A model generated the notes under the pieces. It had not been told where the DNA came from. It was given only the letters and a program-made list of their open reading frames with translations, and did not search any database. DNA of 63,448 nt, filler included, from Octopus bimaculoides (Eukaryota), in assembly GCF_001194135.2 (NCBI RefSeq). It is 6 parts of 5 records of this genome, joined end to end, with 100 filler letters (N's around TTAATTAATTAA, not from the genome) between each part and the next. Parts side by side here need not be neighbours in the genome. Positions count along the whole stretch, not along the records: positions 46,029 to 59,051 come from NC_068985.1; positions 59,152 to 61,626 come from NC_068985.1; 4 more parts are not named here. The stretch is one strand, 5' to 3'. Below, piece after piece: positions 46,230 through 59,965 of this stretch. The position numbers were made by a program, and so were the translations under genes. The first letter of the stretch is position 1, and each line of letters opens with the position of its first letter.

Positions 46230-47000
46230 AATGCCAACCTGCGAAATAATAATGTGCTAAATGCTAGTACAAGATGAAGAAATAGAAATCAAAAGTTTTC
46301 CACTTTCAGGTAATGCAATGTCTTGGTAGAATGTTACGTGATGCTGAGGGAATAATGTGTTAAGATGAAAAATGGTTTGTTTCCTACCCAAACGGATGTA
46401 GCAATATCTGTTAGTAATGAAAATCACAAGTTTGCTTCGTAGGATGTTTCTATGAGTTTGTCCTACACTAAGATCTGTCATGTGTTACAGGACACTTAAG
46501 CCTGCAGATGGCAACATACCAACTTATCGGGACAGCGGTCCGTCACTGTAAGACAGCGAAAATAGAAAATCAAGTCTTTAATCTCAGAAATAAACTAAAA
46601 CAGTTACCCTAGAAAAGCAACCAAAGAGCGGTACTTCATAACTCGTATTTATACCAGCAAACCGATGATGCTTCATGAATGGATGTCTCCTGAAGAGGTT
46701 ATGCTGCTCTTGTAAAATTACAGATATTTCCACAATGTTCGGAATTGGCAAGTGTGTGTTAAGTACAAAGGAAATGTATTACAAGTGACAGCCCATCGCA
46801 AGTCTCACTACAAAAGCTTTATCTCTGCAATATAATCTTTGGTCAATTCCCTCCTAGCACTCTGGTTTCGAAGCATTGACAAAATAATTCGAATTATAAT
46901 TCCACGACTGGTTCACGTCCTGACACTTCGGCTTCTATAGTTTTCAAACTATTTGAGAAATTAAAGATTTTCAAGAATATGGGATAAATTATTAAGTGGT
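46230..47000 (+). mobile_element. Highly degenerate hAT (Charlie-like) transposase remnant
   Basis: IKSFPLSGNAMSW, TQTDVA, TDDAS*M..RGYAALVK..P, HRK, FKLFEKLKIF occur in the order expected for PLSNNT / DESTDV / TDGA..M / HR / FEL. Confidence 0.5.
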
Positions 47001-47334
47001 GTACTATTTTAAAATGAAATAAATCTTTTGTCAGTTTTAATTTATCATGTTCTGTTATTAAAACACTTGAATGACACGATTATATTGTGAAATATACGCT
47101 GCAACGACACACACAAAAAATAAACTATATTATTCAAATTGAGAGCATATCCGTTGCACAGTGCATAAATTACACTTAGTGAATAACATATTTACTTGAA
47201 TGCAGGAAGCATAACATTTCAAGACAAATCCGTTCAATTGAAAATGGCTTCCGTAACAAAAAAAATATGATATTTCAAGATACAGTTCAAATGGTGCTCA
47301 TAAAATACACCATCACCGTATATTATGCATCTTC

Positions 47335-47550
47335 TTTTATCTTTTTACATTTTACACGTTTCATTCATTATACTGCGGCCATGCTTAGGCATCGCCTTGT
47401 AGACGTTTAAGCAGAACGAAATCACCTCAACACTTACTTTAGCCCGAAACCTGCCGAGTTGCTAGGTTACGGGAATTTAAACAAACTCAAACTGGTTTTC
47501 ATGTGATGGTAGAGCACTAACTTGAACCCAAAGACACACACACACGGATA
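47335..47550 (-). mobile_element. Diverged SINE family A 3' module
   Basis: ttttacacgtttcattcattatactgcggccatgc...ctgccgagttgctaggttacggg. Confidence 0.65.
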
Positions 47551-47581
47551 TATATATGCCTGTCTGTCTGTCTTTCTCTGT

Positions 47582-47622
<41 letters not shown>

Positions 47623-48105
47623 ATAAAGGCTTTGCTGGCATCCTCAATGAGAGATGTATGTTAAGTGAGTGACCTGTTAGAAAGTACAGTGAAATCTTCG
47701 ACTCACATTATACTATCTTCAAAATGAAACTACTGATTGGGTAGTGTCTTTCATAGTCATATTTGAAATAAATATCGGAGTGGCCTTTAATGGCAGCAAG
47801 TGATCTTAGGTCTACTTGATGAGAATAAACTAGGGCGGAATAACAACAGCTTAGATTGTAAAATTATGATATTTCTGTTATATTCTTTTATTATTTTGCT
47901 TGTTCAGTTATTGGATGCGATGAATAGTTGGGTTTTTCGGAAAAGATATCGGAAAAGTACTTGGGTTATGTCGGGCACATTTCTCATTTGTATCTTTTCG
48001 CCGTGACCCTACTTAGGGAATACAACTAACATATCACAAGTTGTCAAGCAGTAAGATACAAACGGGAAAATACTCACACGCACACACACACATACACACG
48101 TCATA

Positions 48106-48488
48106 GTGGTACTCCGTCGGATACAACGAAGGGGGTTCTAGCTGATCCGATCAACGGAAGAGCCTGCTTGTGAAATTAACGTGAAAGTGGCTGAGCACTC
48201 CACAGACACGTGAAATACTTAACGTATTTCCCGGGGAGTTTCAACGTGACACAAAGTGAGCCAATGCTGGTCCTTTGAAATACAGGTACAACAGAAAGAG
48301 GAAGAAAGAGTTGGAGAAAGTGGTGGTGGAAGGATACAAGATAGTCCGTCACGACCCCCAGCAGGAGCTGCGGGGAGCTTTAGGTGTTTTCGCTCAATAA
48401 ATATTCACAACGGCCGGTCTGGGAATCGAAACCGCGATCCTACGACCGAGAGTCCGCTGCCCTAACTACCAAGCCATTGTGCCTCCAC
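48106..48488 (-). mobile_element. SINE family D, full copy
   Basis: Co-linear with 18692-19066. Confidence 0.85.
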
Positions 48489-49436
48489 TACACACAAATA
48501 CAAAAACACACACACAAATTCATATAGACAAACACATATGTATGTATGATTGTATCGACAAGTATCCGCACAGTTTCCGTCAACCGAATTTTCTCACAAG
48601 TCAATGCCCAGGCAAGAACTCAAACAGGAGGATCATGTAATGACATCAGTACAAATTGAACACCTTAACCACACAGCCATTCTTCCGCTATTGTATGCAG
48701 CCTCTACATTTAGCATTTGTTATTTATCGTCGGCATCTAATTAAGTAAACGACTGAATTCGCTTGATTGATTTTTATCAAATTTAGTATTAAAATATCTG
48801 ATTAGTCTCCATAGTTCAACATTTAATTATTTGCACTTAAATTTCCATCTTAAATGACTTTAGACTATGAGTATTGGGTTTAACCTATAACTTATCGTAA
48901 GAGTCTTGTTTCATGTTTTTCATTCCCTAGTTTATTTAATGTGTATAGATCTATATAGCAACACTGACAAACATAATACGTTTTAATATATTCGATTTTT
49001 TTAACCCGAAAAATAAGATCGTCGGCATTGATTTTCCGAAATTTTATTAAGAATAAAGCATCGTGCAAAACTGCCTCAAAGTAAATGTCAAAATTATAAA
49101 TAATCGTTCACGCCCAAAAATAAATGTGATGAATTTATTAGTGCGGGCATATCTCATCATGGCACCGACATTTCTGCTTCTTGTGAGACTAAAGGGCATA
49201 ATGTTATAATCGATAAATAAACGAGCATTGATGAACCTATCACTCACTTGATTAACCACACATACATGTCTCTAATAAACATTAAAACGCTAAATTTCTC
49301 TAGAGACTCGTCTGAAACCCGTTATCTTTCTATCAAATCTGATTCAATTCATTTCACAAAATATATCAAAAAACATCAATACCACTTTATTTTGTGTTTT
49401 TTAACAACCACACACACACATTGTTATTAATATTAA

Positions 49437-49610
<174 letters not shown>

Positions 49611-49689
49611 TATTTACAATTATCTTTCAGAAATCACTTCATTTTCCTACTGAAACTTGTAAGCAGTTGATAGAGGAAACGGTGCGTAA

Positions 49690-50350
49690 AATATTATGAT
49701 CCAAAAATTGAAACTGCTTTGGCAGTAGATTTCTGTTCAAATTCTGGCTTTAGACATTCGCTAAAAATAGTGTTGTTATTGACGCAGAACAATGTATACG
49801 TTATCGCACTATTAAATATTCTCGATGCACTGTAAGCAAGATTTAGATCAGTGTGCCAGAACATTATTTTAGAATTATCAATCTTCATGATAAACGGCTG
49901 CATGAGATTGTTTGAAATTTAACACATCATAAGTTCCATAACAGATGTTTGAGACTAATTTTGGATCTGAATATTCACTGAAATAACACACATCTACAAT
50001 ATGAAATGTTCTTTAAAGTTTCGCGATAAAACATCAGTTGACGTTTTCAATATGTCGTCTGTCATATGAAGGAGTCTATGAATTGTCAAATAATTCTATC
50101 TACCCGGACAGGCAGTCATGTTTTTCTTTAAATAATGAATGAAATTTTTATGTTAATATATGAATATTTTACTTGAAACGATATTTCTGAATGACTAGAT
50201 TGTCCTCTGTTTCGAAAAACATGTATTGAACATTTCTTTCACGGTAAGTCTCCATGGTTCCACTAGTTATATTTTCAGTTGATATTACACATGCACTACA
50301 CCAATGATTTAAACTAGAAATTTAAATCAAATTTGTTAACGTATTAGATT
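49690..50350 (-). mobile_element. Possible hAT (Charlie/GTF2IRD2-like) C-terminal remnant
   Basis: FW..., VLRQ, LKPEFEQ..KQFQ..H resembles the LKPDFE.L..KQ.Q.SH terminus; weak. Confidence 0.35.
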
Positions 50351-50415
50351 GTTCTAGTCATTGAACAAGCGAAATTAGTTGATCTCGTTTTGAAATGTAT
50401 GTGTGTGTGAATATA

Positions 50416-50553
50416 TAGGTGCGGGAATGGCTGTGTGGTAAGTAACTTGCTTACCAACCACATGGTTCCGGCAAGTGTCTTCTCATATAGCCTCGGGCGG
50501 ACCAAAGACTTATGAGTGGATTTGGTATACGGAAACTGAAAGAATCCCGTCGT

Positions 50554-50588
<35 letters not shown>

Positions 50589-50869
50589 NNNNNNNNNNNN
50601 NNNNNNNNNNNNNNNNNNNNNNNNNNNNNNNNNNNNNNNNNNNNNNNNNNNNNNNNNNNNNNNNNNNNNNNNNNNNNNNNNNNNNNNNNNNNNNNNNNNN
50701 NNNNNNNNNNNNNNNNNNNNNNNNNNNNNNNNNNNNNNNNNNNNNNNNNNNNNNNNNNNNNNNNNNNNNNNNNNNNNNNNNNNNNNNNNNNNNNNNNNNN
50801 NNNNNNNNNNNNNNNNNNNNNNNNNNNNNNNNNNNNNNNNNNNNNNNNNNNNNNNNNNNNNNNNNNNNN

Positions 50870-50934
<65 letters not shown>

Positions 50935-51010
50935 ATATGTTTGTGTGTCTGTGTTTGTCACCCCAACATCACTTGACAGCCGATGCTGGTGTGTTTACAT
51001 CCCCGTAACA
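50416..51010 (+). mobile_element. SINE family A with a gap in the internal microsatellite, 3'-truncated
   Basis: ggtgcgggaatggctgtgtggtaagtaacttgc...gaatcccgtcg(TA)n..N..ccccaacatcacttgacagccgatgctgg. Confidence 0.88.
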
Positions 51011-51274
51011 TAGCGTATTCTATAACTGATGCTGTATTATTTATGTACTTATAATCAATCCACAGAGCTACTTTTAAGCTTGTAAAATGTTTGGAGAACA
51101 TTGTTACAGCATATATTATGAGCATGAGAATAAATACCACATGCATTCTAATATTGTTTTATCTGCATCTCTTTCTGATCGGTCAAATAAGTAGGAAAAT
51201 GCATGCAAGTGACGAAGCAGGTTTCAAATGTTGGTACAGGAACAAAAATTTCTTTATCACTGAGAGGCAAAGAC

Positions 51275-51580
51275 GACGTCGGCGGTATTTGAACTCAGAA
51301 CGTAAAGACACACGAAATGCCACTAAGCATTTCGCCCGGAATGCTGCCGTTTCCTATTTATTTATTGCCCACAAGGGGCTAGACATTGAGGGGACAAACA
51401 AGGACGGACAAAGGGATTAAATCGATTGCATCGGCCCCAGTGCGTAACTGGTACTTAATTTATCGACCCCGAAAGGATGAAAGGCAAAGTCGAATTCGGC
51501 GGAATTTGAACTCAGAACGTAACGGCAGACGAAATACCGCTAAATATTTCGCTCGGATTGCTAACGCTTCTGCCAGCGCG
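51275..51580 (-). mobile_element. SINE family B: one near-full copy plus an adjacent partial head
   Basis: tttgaactcagaacgtaa occurs twice; ggtacttaatttatcgaccccgaaaggatgaaaggc. Confidence 0.8.
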
Positions 51581-53118
51581 ACGACTTTGCAATCAATAAT
51601 ATTGATTGCAAATGTACATCAGATATATAGTCAAATTAATATACAAGGAAACACTGTTTGCATTCACGAGTTCACATTCGTATAAGAATATCTCAGCTTA
51701 AATGGTGAATACAAAATCAAGTAAAGTATTTCATTCATTACAAATTATGTGTGATTGCTTTTTCCAAGACATTAAAGTTTCTTTTGAGCTTTGATTTGCA
51801 CAATCTGCTGCTGGTCTCAACTCTGGATTTAGCTGATTTTTTTTTTAATTAAAGCATTACCATATGAACTACTACAAAATCGTTTTTTTTTTATAGCCAA
51901 ATTAATTTTGCCGTACATACTTAGTGTCTCTTCTGTCTACACTGTATGCATAAAAGGCATTTTCTGCTGCATATAAGTTCAAAGAAACTTTGTTAATGTG
52001 GATTTCTTTATCTTACAAGGATCATAATTTTTCGTTTCAGTTATTTAATCTCATCTGAACTGCTGCATTGGAAACAACAGAAGATTGCAAAGACTGCAGC
52101 ATTCTTTTGATAGAAAAATGGTTGGATAAGAGATCATCTTCCTCACTGCCCATTCAATCCCATTCTTTTTCAACTGTTGATAGAATATGTTTAAACAAAG
52201 TCGCGTTTATGCAAGCAGTGTTCCATTCTGGGATGGACTTTTGTTTGCCAAAATATAATAGATTTTCATGTCATGAATTTCTCAACCATAGAAATTGTCG
52301 AAACGTTTATTCCAAAGAATTAGACACCTTCAATGCACACCTATGCATCGAAATAATAGGAAGATCAATATTTCTCAATGATCGGTATAAGCATTAAAAT
52401 ATAAGAAGCCTTTTGTATCTCTAGTGCACAATCCCAGTAAATGTTAACAAAAAGATTTCGATGAATGTAACATTCTTATAAATGTGATATAAGCATTAAA
52501 TATGCCAATAAAGCTCATTACTTTCCCAGTAAGTCATTAACAAATTGAATGAAGTTTGAATGTCTCTAGGTAGACAGCTGGAGCACGTATGTGTTAAGTT
52601 ATTAACGTCATATGACTAGTCATTGACAGGAACGTTCAGGTTTCTTTCCAAAAGGAATATTTTGCTGACAGAAAAGACCACCTATAGAGACCATATAAGT
52701 GTTCAGTTTATGAAACGATCTTCTGCGTTTATTTCTCAGTTAATATAGTAACGTGTAACAGAAATAACAGGGAAAGTAAAACTTATAAACTTATTCTTAT
52801 TGATATAAACATTATTTTAAGTTACTAACAAGTACAAAATACCAGTTTACATGGTTTATCAGAGGAAAAATCTCCGTAAATAAGTAAACAAATACGTAGA
52901 GCTCCGATACTTATAAACTATATTGTCTCTTAGATAAGAGAAAATAAACGATGACTAAAAAATTAACATAATTTTACTAATTTATCAGAAGGAAAATAAT
53001 CTCTGTAAATCAAACTTTATACATTTATAAATTAATTACCTACACAAAAATAGCAGAAACTTTGTACTTGCAATAGAAAAGTTTCAGATCACGATATGGC
53101 ATTATATATAAATTATTC

Positions 53119-53242
<124 letters not shown>

Positions 53243-54781
53243 CAATTAATTAATAACGTTATGTATATATCTATATATACGTAATTGTTTCATATATTGA
53301 AGATAGTTTACTTAAAATTTGTAATTTAAATTTACGAATTTTACATTCAAGGCAAGTTTACATTCAAGGCAATTATTTTCATTGGTAGTTAATACGAAAT
53401 ATAAATTCATCCACTGAAAACAGACTTGTAAATAAAACTGGATTGAATACACGGAGTAGAAGCGAAACGCGTTAAAAAACAACCAAAAGATCATTTAAAG
53501 AAGCATCCAGGAAATGATACAGTAGCCTCACTAATAAAGCGTTTATAGGACCGATTCAGAACTTCATTGATGGTCAGTAACAGACACCATAGCAGATACA
53601 AAGGGAGCAATAGTCGTCTTTTTCGAACTTGATACGCAATCCTAAGAGAATTAAGCACGCATATCCGAGCATGGCGTATATGTGCGTAGGTATTTTTTTA
53701 TTATTTTTGTTTATATTCCTGAAGTGGAATAGGAATGCATAAATGGCAGCTTTGTTTTTCAAATACGTTAAAAGTAAATCAATATATATTTCTATTTTCA
53801 ATATATACAAGTTTCTCTCCAGTGTTGGACCTAAATGATACTATATTGCTTTTCTAAACTTATACCTAATTCAGTAATATATACATATATATATATATAC
53901 ATACATACATTACACAGCCATACAAACACACACAAACACACACACATACGCACGCACATATATATGTTTGTGTGTGTCAGTGTGTGTATGTAAGCATATA
54001 TGCGTACATCTATGTATGTATGTGTGTATGTATGTATATATGTATGTAGGTATGTATGTGTAGCAGCAATAATTAGCTCGTTGTGGAACAAGCTTTTAAG
54101 TAGATGTACCTTTTAATTAAATTGTCACATTTTTTTGTTGAAAACAGAATATAAACTTCACTTTAATATAGTTACGTGTGAACATTTATGACATCTCATT
54201 AACAAAATTAAAAGTATAAATAATGTTTACTCAGCATTTTAAAATAGCATTTCTGTATCCAGTTATTACTGAGGTTACTTATACATTCAACACATTCCAA
54301 AGACCTCACCTGGGAGCTTGTGTTTGTTCGTAATTTCTGTCAGAATTATGTTTCAAATCCACTCTAAACCTTAAGATAACTCATTTAAAATGATGGAATA
54401 GATCTCATTATACAATTAAAAATAACGTATTAGCAAAACCTAGGGTTTACCACATTTTAAACGCCTTTATTCATTTGTCTGTTCGATCAGGGCCACCTTC
54501 CAACTAACTGCTAAAGCATGGACACTATGACCAGTTACTGTTCTAGACCTGTCAGTATTCGGTCCCCTGTTCCGCCAATCCATATTCAATACAGTCAGCA
54601 ATAACCTGCTTATAATCATAGTCATTCATTCTCACTTCGTTACTCACTAATGGCATCCAGCACAACCGCTTAGCATTGTGTATCTCTGTTGAAATCTTTG
54701 TCCTCTTCTTCCTACCGCAAACTCACATTATTTCTGCTTCTATAAACTTAGGAGTGGTTGTTTGATTGCTTTCTAACCATA

Positions 54782-55205
54782 TGGTGTTGCGATAAGTCCA
54801 ACTGCGCGACACTTCGGGAAACTGTCTTCCATAGCCCGAGACCAACTAAAGCACTGCGAGTGAATGGAAATTGAAAGAAGCTCGTCATGTATGTAAGTTT
54901 TATATATCTTAAAATACCAACTAGATTTTTTCGTATTTAGTAACACCATATATATCTATGTGTGCGTCTATGTTTATCTCTGTGTGCGTGTATGAATGTA
55001 GCTATGTGTGTGTATCTCTTTGTATTTTCTGTATTTGTCTCCGTCCTTACTGGACAACCGGTATTATTATGTTTAAGCTACCATAACTTAAATTTTCGAC
55101 AAAAGGAGGCCGATTGAATAAGTAAGAGCCTTAAAATTAAGTACTAGGCTCGTTGAAGATGCCCCCAGCATGGGGATAATCCAAAGACTGCAACAAGTAA
55201 AAAAA
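54782..55205 (+). mobile_element. Old, diverged SINE family A copy
   Basis: gtcttccatagcccgagaccaactaaagcactgcgagtgaatggaaattgaaagaagctcgtc...gaataagta...gcatgggg...gactgcaacaagtaaaaaaaga. Confidence 0.65.
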
Positions 55206-55265
55206 GAAATTAAAATATAAAGGTTACACTTGTTTCTTTCTCCCATTTATCATTGTTTGCACTTT

Positions 55266-55268
<3 letters not shown>

Positions 55269-55360
<92 letters not shown>
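55269..55360. repeat. (CT)n microsatellite
   Basis: Direct reading. Confidence 0.95.
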
Positions 55361-55361
<1 letters not shown>

Positions 55362-55719
55362 ACCATCTCTTAGTCAGATACTCGACATCGTTCTTTAATT
55401 CAACTATCTCAGGATATAAGTAGCAAGAGCGCTTTCTATGGGGAGGGACGAAACCTCAAGACTGTTAGTGCCACAATAAAACGCAGCACGGACACGCTTT
55501 AATCGTTTAATAAACAAAGGAACCAAAAATATAGGAGAGAAAGGACTTGACACACTCGGAAGAAATGGTGTCAATATAAATTGTCTATTGTTATCACGAA
55601 ACAGATAACCTGGCTGGTGGTAGAAAATCGAGTGAAAAAGAAATCCTCTGATTTGTACTACGAAGACAACACCGTTGGAGAAGGAAATAATGGAACCATA
55701 ATAAAATCTCCAACTGATT

Positions 55720-56030
55720 ATTTGTGATGGTGGCTTAGGTGGTAGTGGTGGTCCTGGTGATGGTGATGGAGTTGGTCGTGATGGTGTTCGTGGTATAGTT
55801 GGTTTAGTGGGGGTTAATTTTGGTAATACTGATGATGGTTGAGATGACGAGTATAAGAAACGTGATGGTTATGGGAGACAATGATGTCGATGATGATGAT
55901 TAGAAGGTGAAGCAAGATAATGACGATGACGGTGATGATAATCGTGAAAATGATAATGATGATGTTGACGACGAAGATAATCATGATAATGATGATGGTG
56001 ATGACGACTATGACGATAATAAATATTACT
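55720..56030. repeat. Degenerate (GGT/GAT/GAC)n low-complexity tract
   Basis: Direct reading. Confidence 0.85.
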
Positions 56031-58157
56031 AGACACAAGATATCAAACAATGCATTGGGTAGAGCTATTTCGTTCAGGTGCAGGATTACCCTAACAACGC
56101 TACCAATTATATGTTTCGAACACAATGAAGATATCTTAAAATGGAGAGGTGAAAAATCATACATTTAATAGGTTAAATCCTATGAGAGTCACATTCCATT
56201 ATAATTTTACATCTTATTATTCTTCTTTCTGATAAAGAGTTAAGTACGTGGAGATTCTTAACTAGCTTACAGAAATTGAATTATTAGGAAAGTCTGATAT
56301 GTTACTATTCATTTAGAAACTACCTTTTGAAAGAGAACATCGGTGAGATAATTGTTACAAATGTTAGAATTCATTTAAATATATAGACATTACTAGAAGA
56401 TTAATGGTCTCTTTTTATAATGTAATTCTTTTATATATTTAACGCTTGTATACAAGATTCATACTACTTGCTAAGTTGTATACAGCCTGGAAAGATGCAA
56501 ATGATTGGCTATTGAAACGGTGACGTAAATGTGTTTTATAAGGACTTTTATAACCCTGCGTCAGTCTTCAAGCATGCTATCCTATAACCAAAAGCACTGG
56601 ATTTGATTTCCGTATTCGAATCTCTCAGGACCTATTATTAATGTATAGATACGTTATTATTTCGGTACTCGCTTTTCTGTTTGGCAAATATCGTCAGGCA
56701 TCCACAGTGTTCCTATATGCTGAATTCTATATATACGCGCGCATACTCTTTAGAACTTCATCGTCCGGCGGGGTAGTTTGGATGAGGAGATAGACAAAGG
56801 GAGCGAAACGCCAGAGTATTTTCAGAGTTCTGTTGCACCATTTGATCGCCTTTGTAAGGAACATACGTCATCTAGCGGAAGAGACGTTTTCTCTGAGAGC
56901 GAAAAACGCAGCACTCATGTTTTCACGTTCGCATCTGCCACAGTCTATTAAAAATGGATATATTATTCATCACAAGATAGCTACTCCATTATTTTAGATG
57001 TACTTTGTCTTCATTTTCGCATCTTATATCGCATAGAGAAAGAATGTGTTATATAACGGTTATTTCTTGGAGGTCGAGCAATAACTTTTCCCCGATTTAT
57101 CTTCCATGGATAAATTACTGATTTCCTGGCGAAACATAATGGTTTCAGGAAATTTTTACTTTGCAACTCTCTTCAATATTTAAAGATAATTGCTAAGAAT
57201 AGAAATAATTGGTATAATTCTGCGCAGGTTTAAAAGAAAAAATCTCTCTGATGTGATGCGCATAACGTCGTCACAAAATACTTGATGTGCTTTGAGACTG
57301 CGCAAAATGTGTCGAGAATTCAGGAATTATATCAAAATAGAACTGGTAGGTACTTAATACCCCTTATTTCAAATAAGATAATTCTATTTGATAATACAAA
57401 ATCTTCATTTACTCGTCTTGAAACTAGTACCTACATCGCTTCATAAAGAGTCACACGATAATTTTTTTTTTTTGTGGCGACTTATGCACATGCAGTTATA
57501 TTGAAGTCACTTTCAGAAGCATAGACTTTTTATATCTTAATTGCTGGATGGCTAGTATATAGTCATATCGAAAATTCCCTTTTGATCAGAAAAAGTCGAA
57601 ATATTCGGTTTTGTAACGCAATATACATCTACTGTCATATATAGCATTATGTGATGTATTTCAATAGCCAACATTCGAAAAACGTTTATTTTATTTTAAT
57701 CTTTTCACATTTTCTCAAAAGTTTATAAATTATCATAGCGTCATATATTTCACATTTTATGTCAACGTCCTCGTAAATGTATTTATTATCTGGCTTATAA
57801 CTACGCATTCACACTCACAAACACACATTTAATTTGAATAATGCACCACAAATTTTGAGTTAGATACACTTTTGAATATCTCTTATGTTTTCATACAGAT
57901 TATTTTCTTTCACAGAGGTTGATGAGGTTATCACGGCAACTCGTGTGCAGTAATTATTAAACATATAGTGCTTATTTAATACGGATCTCCCACCCATTGT
58001 CTAGACGAATATTTAATGAGAAGAAGCACGTCCATATTTATTAGAGAACCGTTTAGATTTCATATTGATTCAACATTAGCTCCATTGTTAATACTTTTAC
58101 CCATTAAAGCACGTGTAATTTCAATTTTAGTAATATGATGTCGTCGTCGTCGTCGTC

Positions 58158-58388
58158 GTTTAACGTCCGCCTTCCATGCTAGCATGGGTTGGACGATTTG
58201 ACTGAGGACTGGTGAAACCAGATGGCAACATCAGGCTCCAATCTGATTTGGCAGAGTTTCTACAGGTGGATGCCCATCCTAACGCCAACCACTCAGAGAG
58301 TGTAATGGGTGCTTTTATGTGTCACCGGCACGAAGGCCAGTCAGGCGGAACTGGCAACAGCCACGCTCATCTCGATCCAAAAACCTCA
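58158..58388 (-). mobile_element. Family C SINE/retroposon 3' end with a (GAC)n tail
   Basis: Co-linear with 28866-29082. Confidence 0.88.
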
Positions 58389-59051
58389 TATGTCACCCGC
58401 ACAAGAACCCGTCCAGGGGCACCGGCAACGATCTCGCTCGAAAATCCAACGACGGCCCCGNNNNNNNNNNNNNNNNNNNNNNNNNNNNNNNNNNNNNNNN
58501 NNNNNNNNNNNNNNNNNNNNNNNNNNNNNNNNNNNNNNNNNNNNNNNNNNNNNNNNNNNNTAGTCCAGGGGCACTGGCAGTGATCACGCTCGAAAGATTT
58601 CATGTGTCGCTCGCACATGAGCCAGTCCATGGCCACTGGCAACGATCTCGCTCGAAAGATATCATGTGTCGCCCGGACATGAACCAGTCCAGGGGCACTT
58701 GCAACGATCACGCTCGAAATATTTCATGTGTTACCCGCATATGAGCCAGTCCAGGGACACCGGCAACGATCTCGCTCGAAAGATTTCATGTGTCGCCCAC
58801 ACATGAGCCAGTCCAGGGGCACTGGCAACGATCCCTCTCGAAACATTTCATGTATCGCCCGCACAAGAGCCAGTCCCGGGGCACTGGCAACGATCTCAAT
58901 CGAAATATTTCAAGTGTCGCCCGCACATGTGTCAGTCCACGGGCACCGGCAACCTCGCTCGAAATATTTCACGTGTCGCCCGCACATGAGCCAGTCCACG
59001 GGCACTGGCAACGATCTCGATCGAACGATATCATGTCTCGCCCGCACATGA
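58389..59051. repeat. 62-bp GC-richer tandem satellite; at least 8 units visible after an internal gap, running into the next gap
   Basis: gccagtcc anchor at 58621, 58683, 58745, 58807, 58869, 58931, 58990 (one 59-bp unit). Confidence 0.92.
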
Positions 59052-59095
59052 NNNNNNNNNNNNNNNNNNNNNNNNNNNNNNNNNNNNNNNNNNNN

Positions 59096-59107
59096 TTAAT
59101 TAATTAA
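59096..59107. other. Artificial scaffold spacer
   Basis: N44-TTAATTAATTAA-N44. Confidence 0.95.
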
Positions 59108-59151
59108 NNNNNNNNNNNNNNNNNNNNNNNNNNNNNNNNNNNNNNNNNNNN

Positions 59152-59185
<34 letters not shown>

Positions 59186-59319
59186 CATATACATGTATAT
59201 AGTCGTAGATATATGTTTATATATGTGTTTGTGTGTATATACGTATATAGTAGGCATGTCTGTACGCGTATGTGCATCTATGTATATTTTGCTTTGTCTT
59301 CATATATATATCAAGAGAT

Positions 59320-59965
59320 CGAATGATCTCATGGATTTCTGGATCCTATTTCCTTGTAATACATCCAAAGCTGCGACCAATCTTCAATATGAGCCGGATA
59401 TTTTGTTTTGATTATATCGCATTGACATCGTTTTGAACATGTACCAATGGATCTCTGTACTGTCACTAGAGAACTTCGGGTGGCCCGATTTCGATTGAGC
59501 GATTTGTAACATGGTCAGTCATGTGCAGAATGTGTTTAAAGTGTTCTCTTATCACATCATTCACTCCCGTCTCACTCTCGAATATATAGTTTCAGATGTG
59601 CTCGCGCACTGGTATCCGTTGGCTACATTCTTTCTTTGTCGAAACCACTCGTTGTTATTCCTCCTCAAAGGTATGCCACGTTACATAATATTTCCGTATG
59701 TCGCCATTGAATAGCCTGGGCTATAGCCTTTCGTCCAACTATGTCTTGGCCACATCTTTAGAAATGACCAATACTATAAATACCTACGAATATAAATAAC
59801 CACGCAAATGGACATGTTGAATCAGAAACACATGCCTTCTACTTGTTCGAAAATTCTGCGCGAAATTTCACCTTGAATTCCAGGCGCATGTTTATTGCCT
59901 GGATCTAGTAGATACATTTCCTCAACCACTTCAATTTCATTGGCCGTATATTTCGTTAACATTTT
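59320..59965 (-). mobile_element. Very degenerate RTE-like LINE RT remnant
   Basis: NEIEVVEEMYLL...IQGEISRRI resembles the RTE motif IEVVxxFxYLG...EIxRRI. Confidence 0.4.

Noticed and set aside
52068-52397. 109-aa ORF and a possible transposase relic at 51600-52450
   Set aside because: Motif-like words on the minus strand are not in a consistent order; no supportable call
58389-59051. Regular array considered as CRISPR-like
   Set aside because: Pure tandem units with no unique spacers, eukaryotic context and no cas genes; its ORFs are repeat translations
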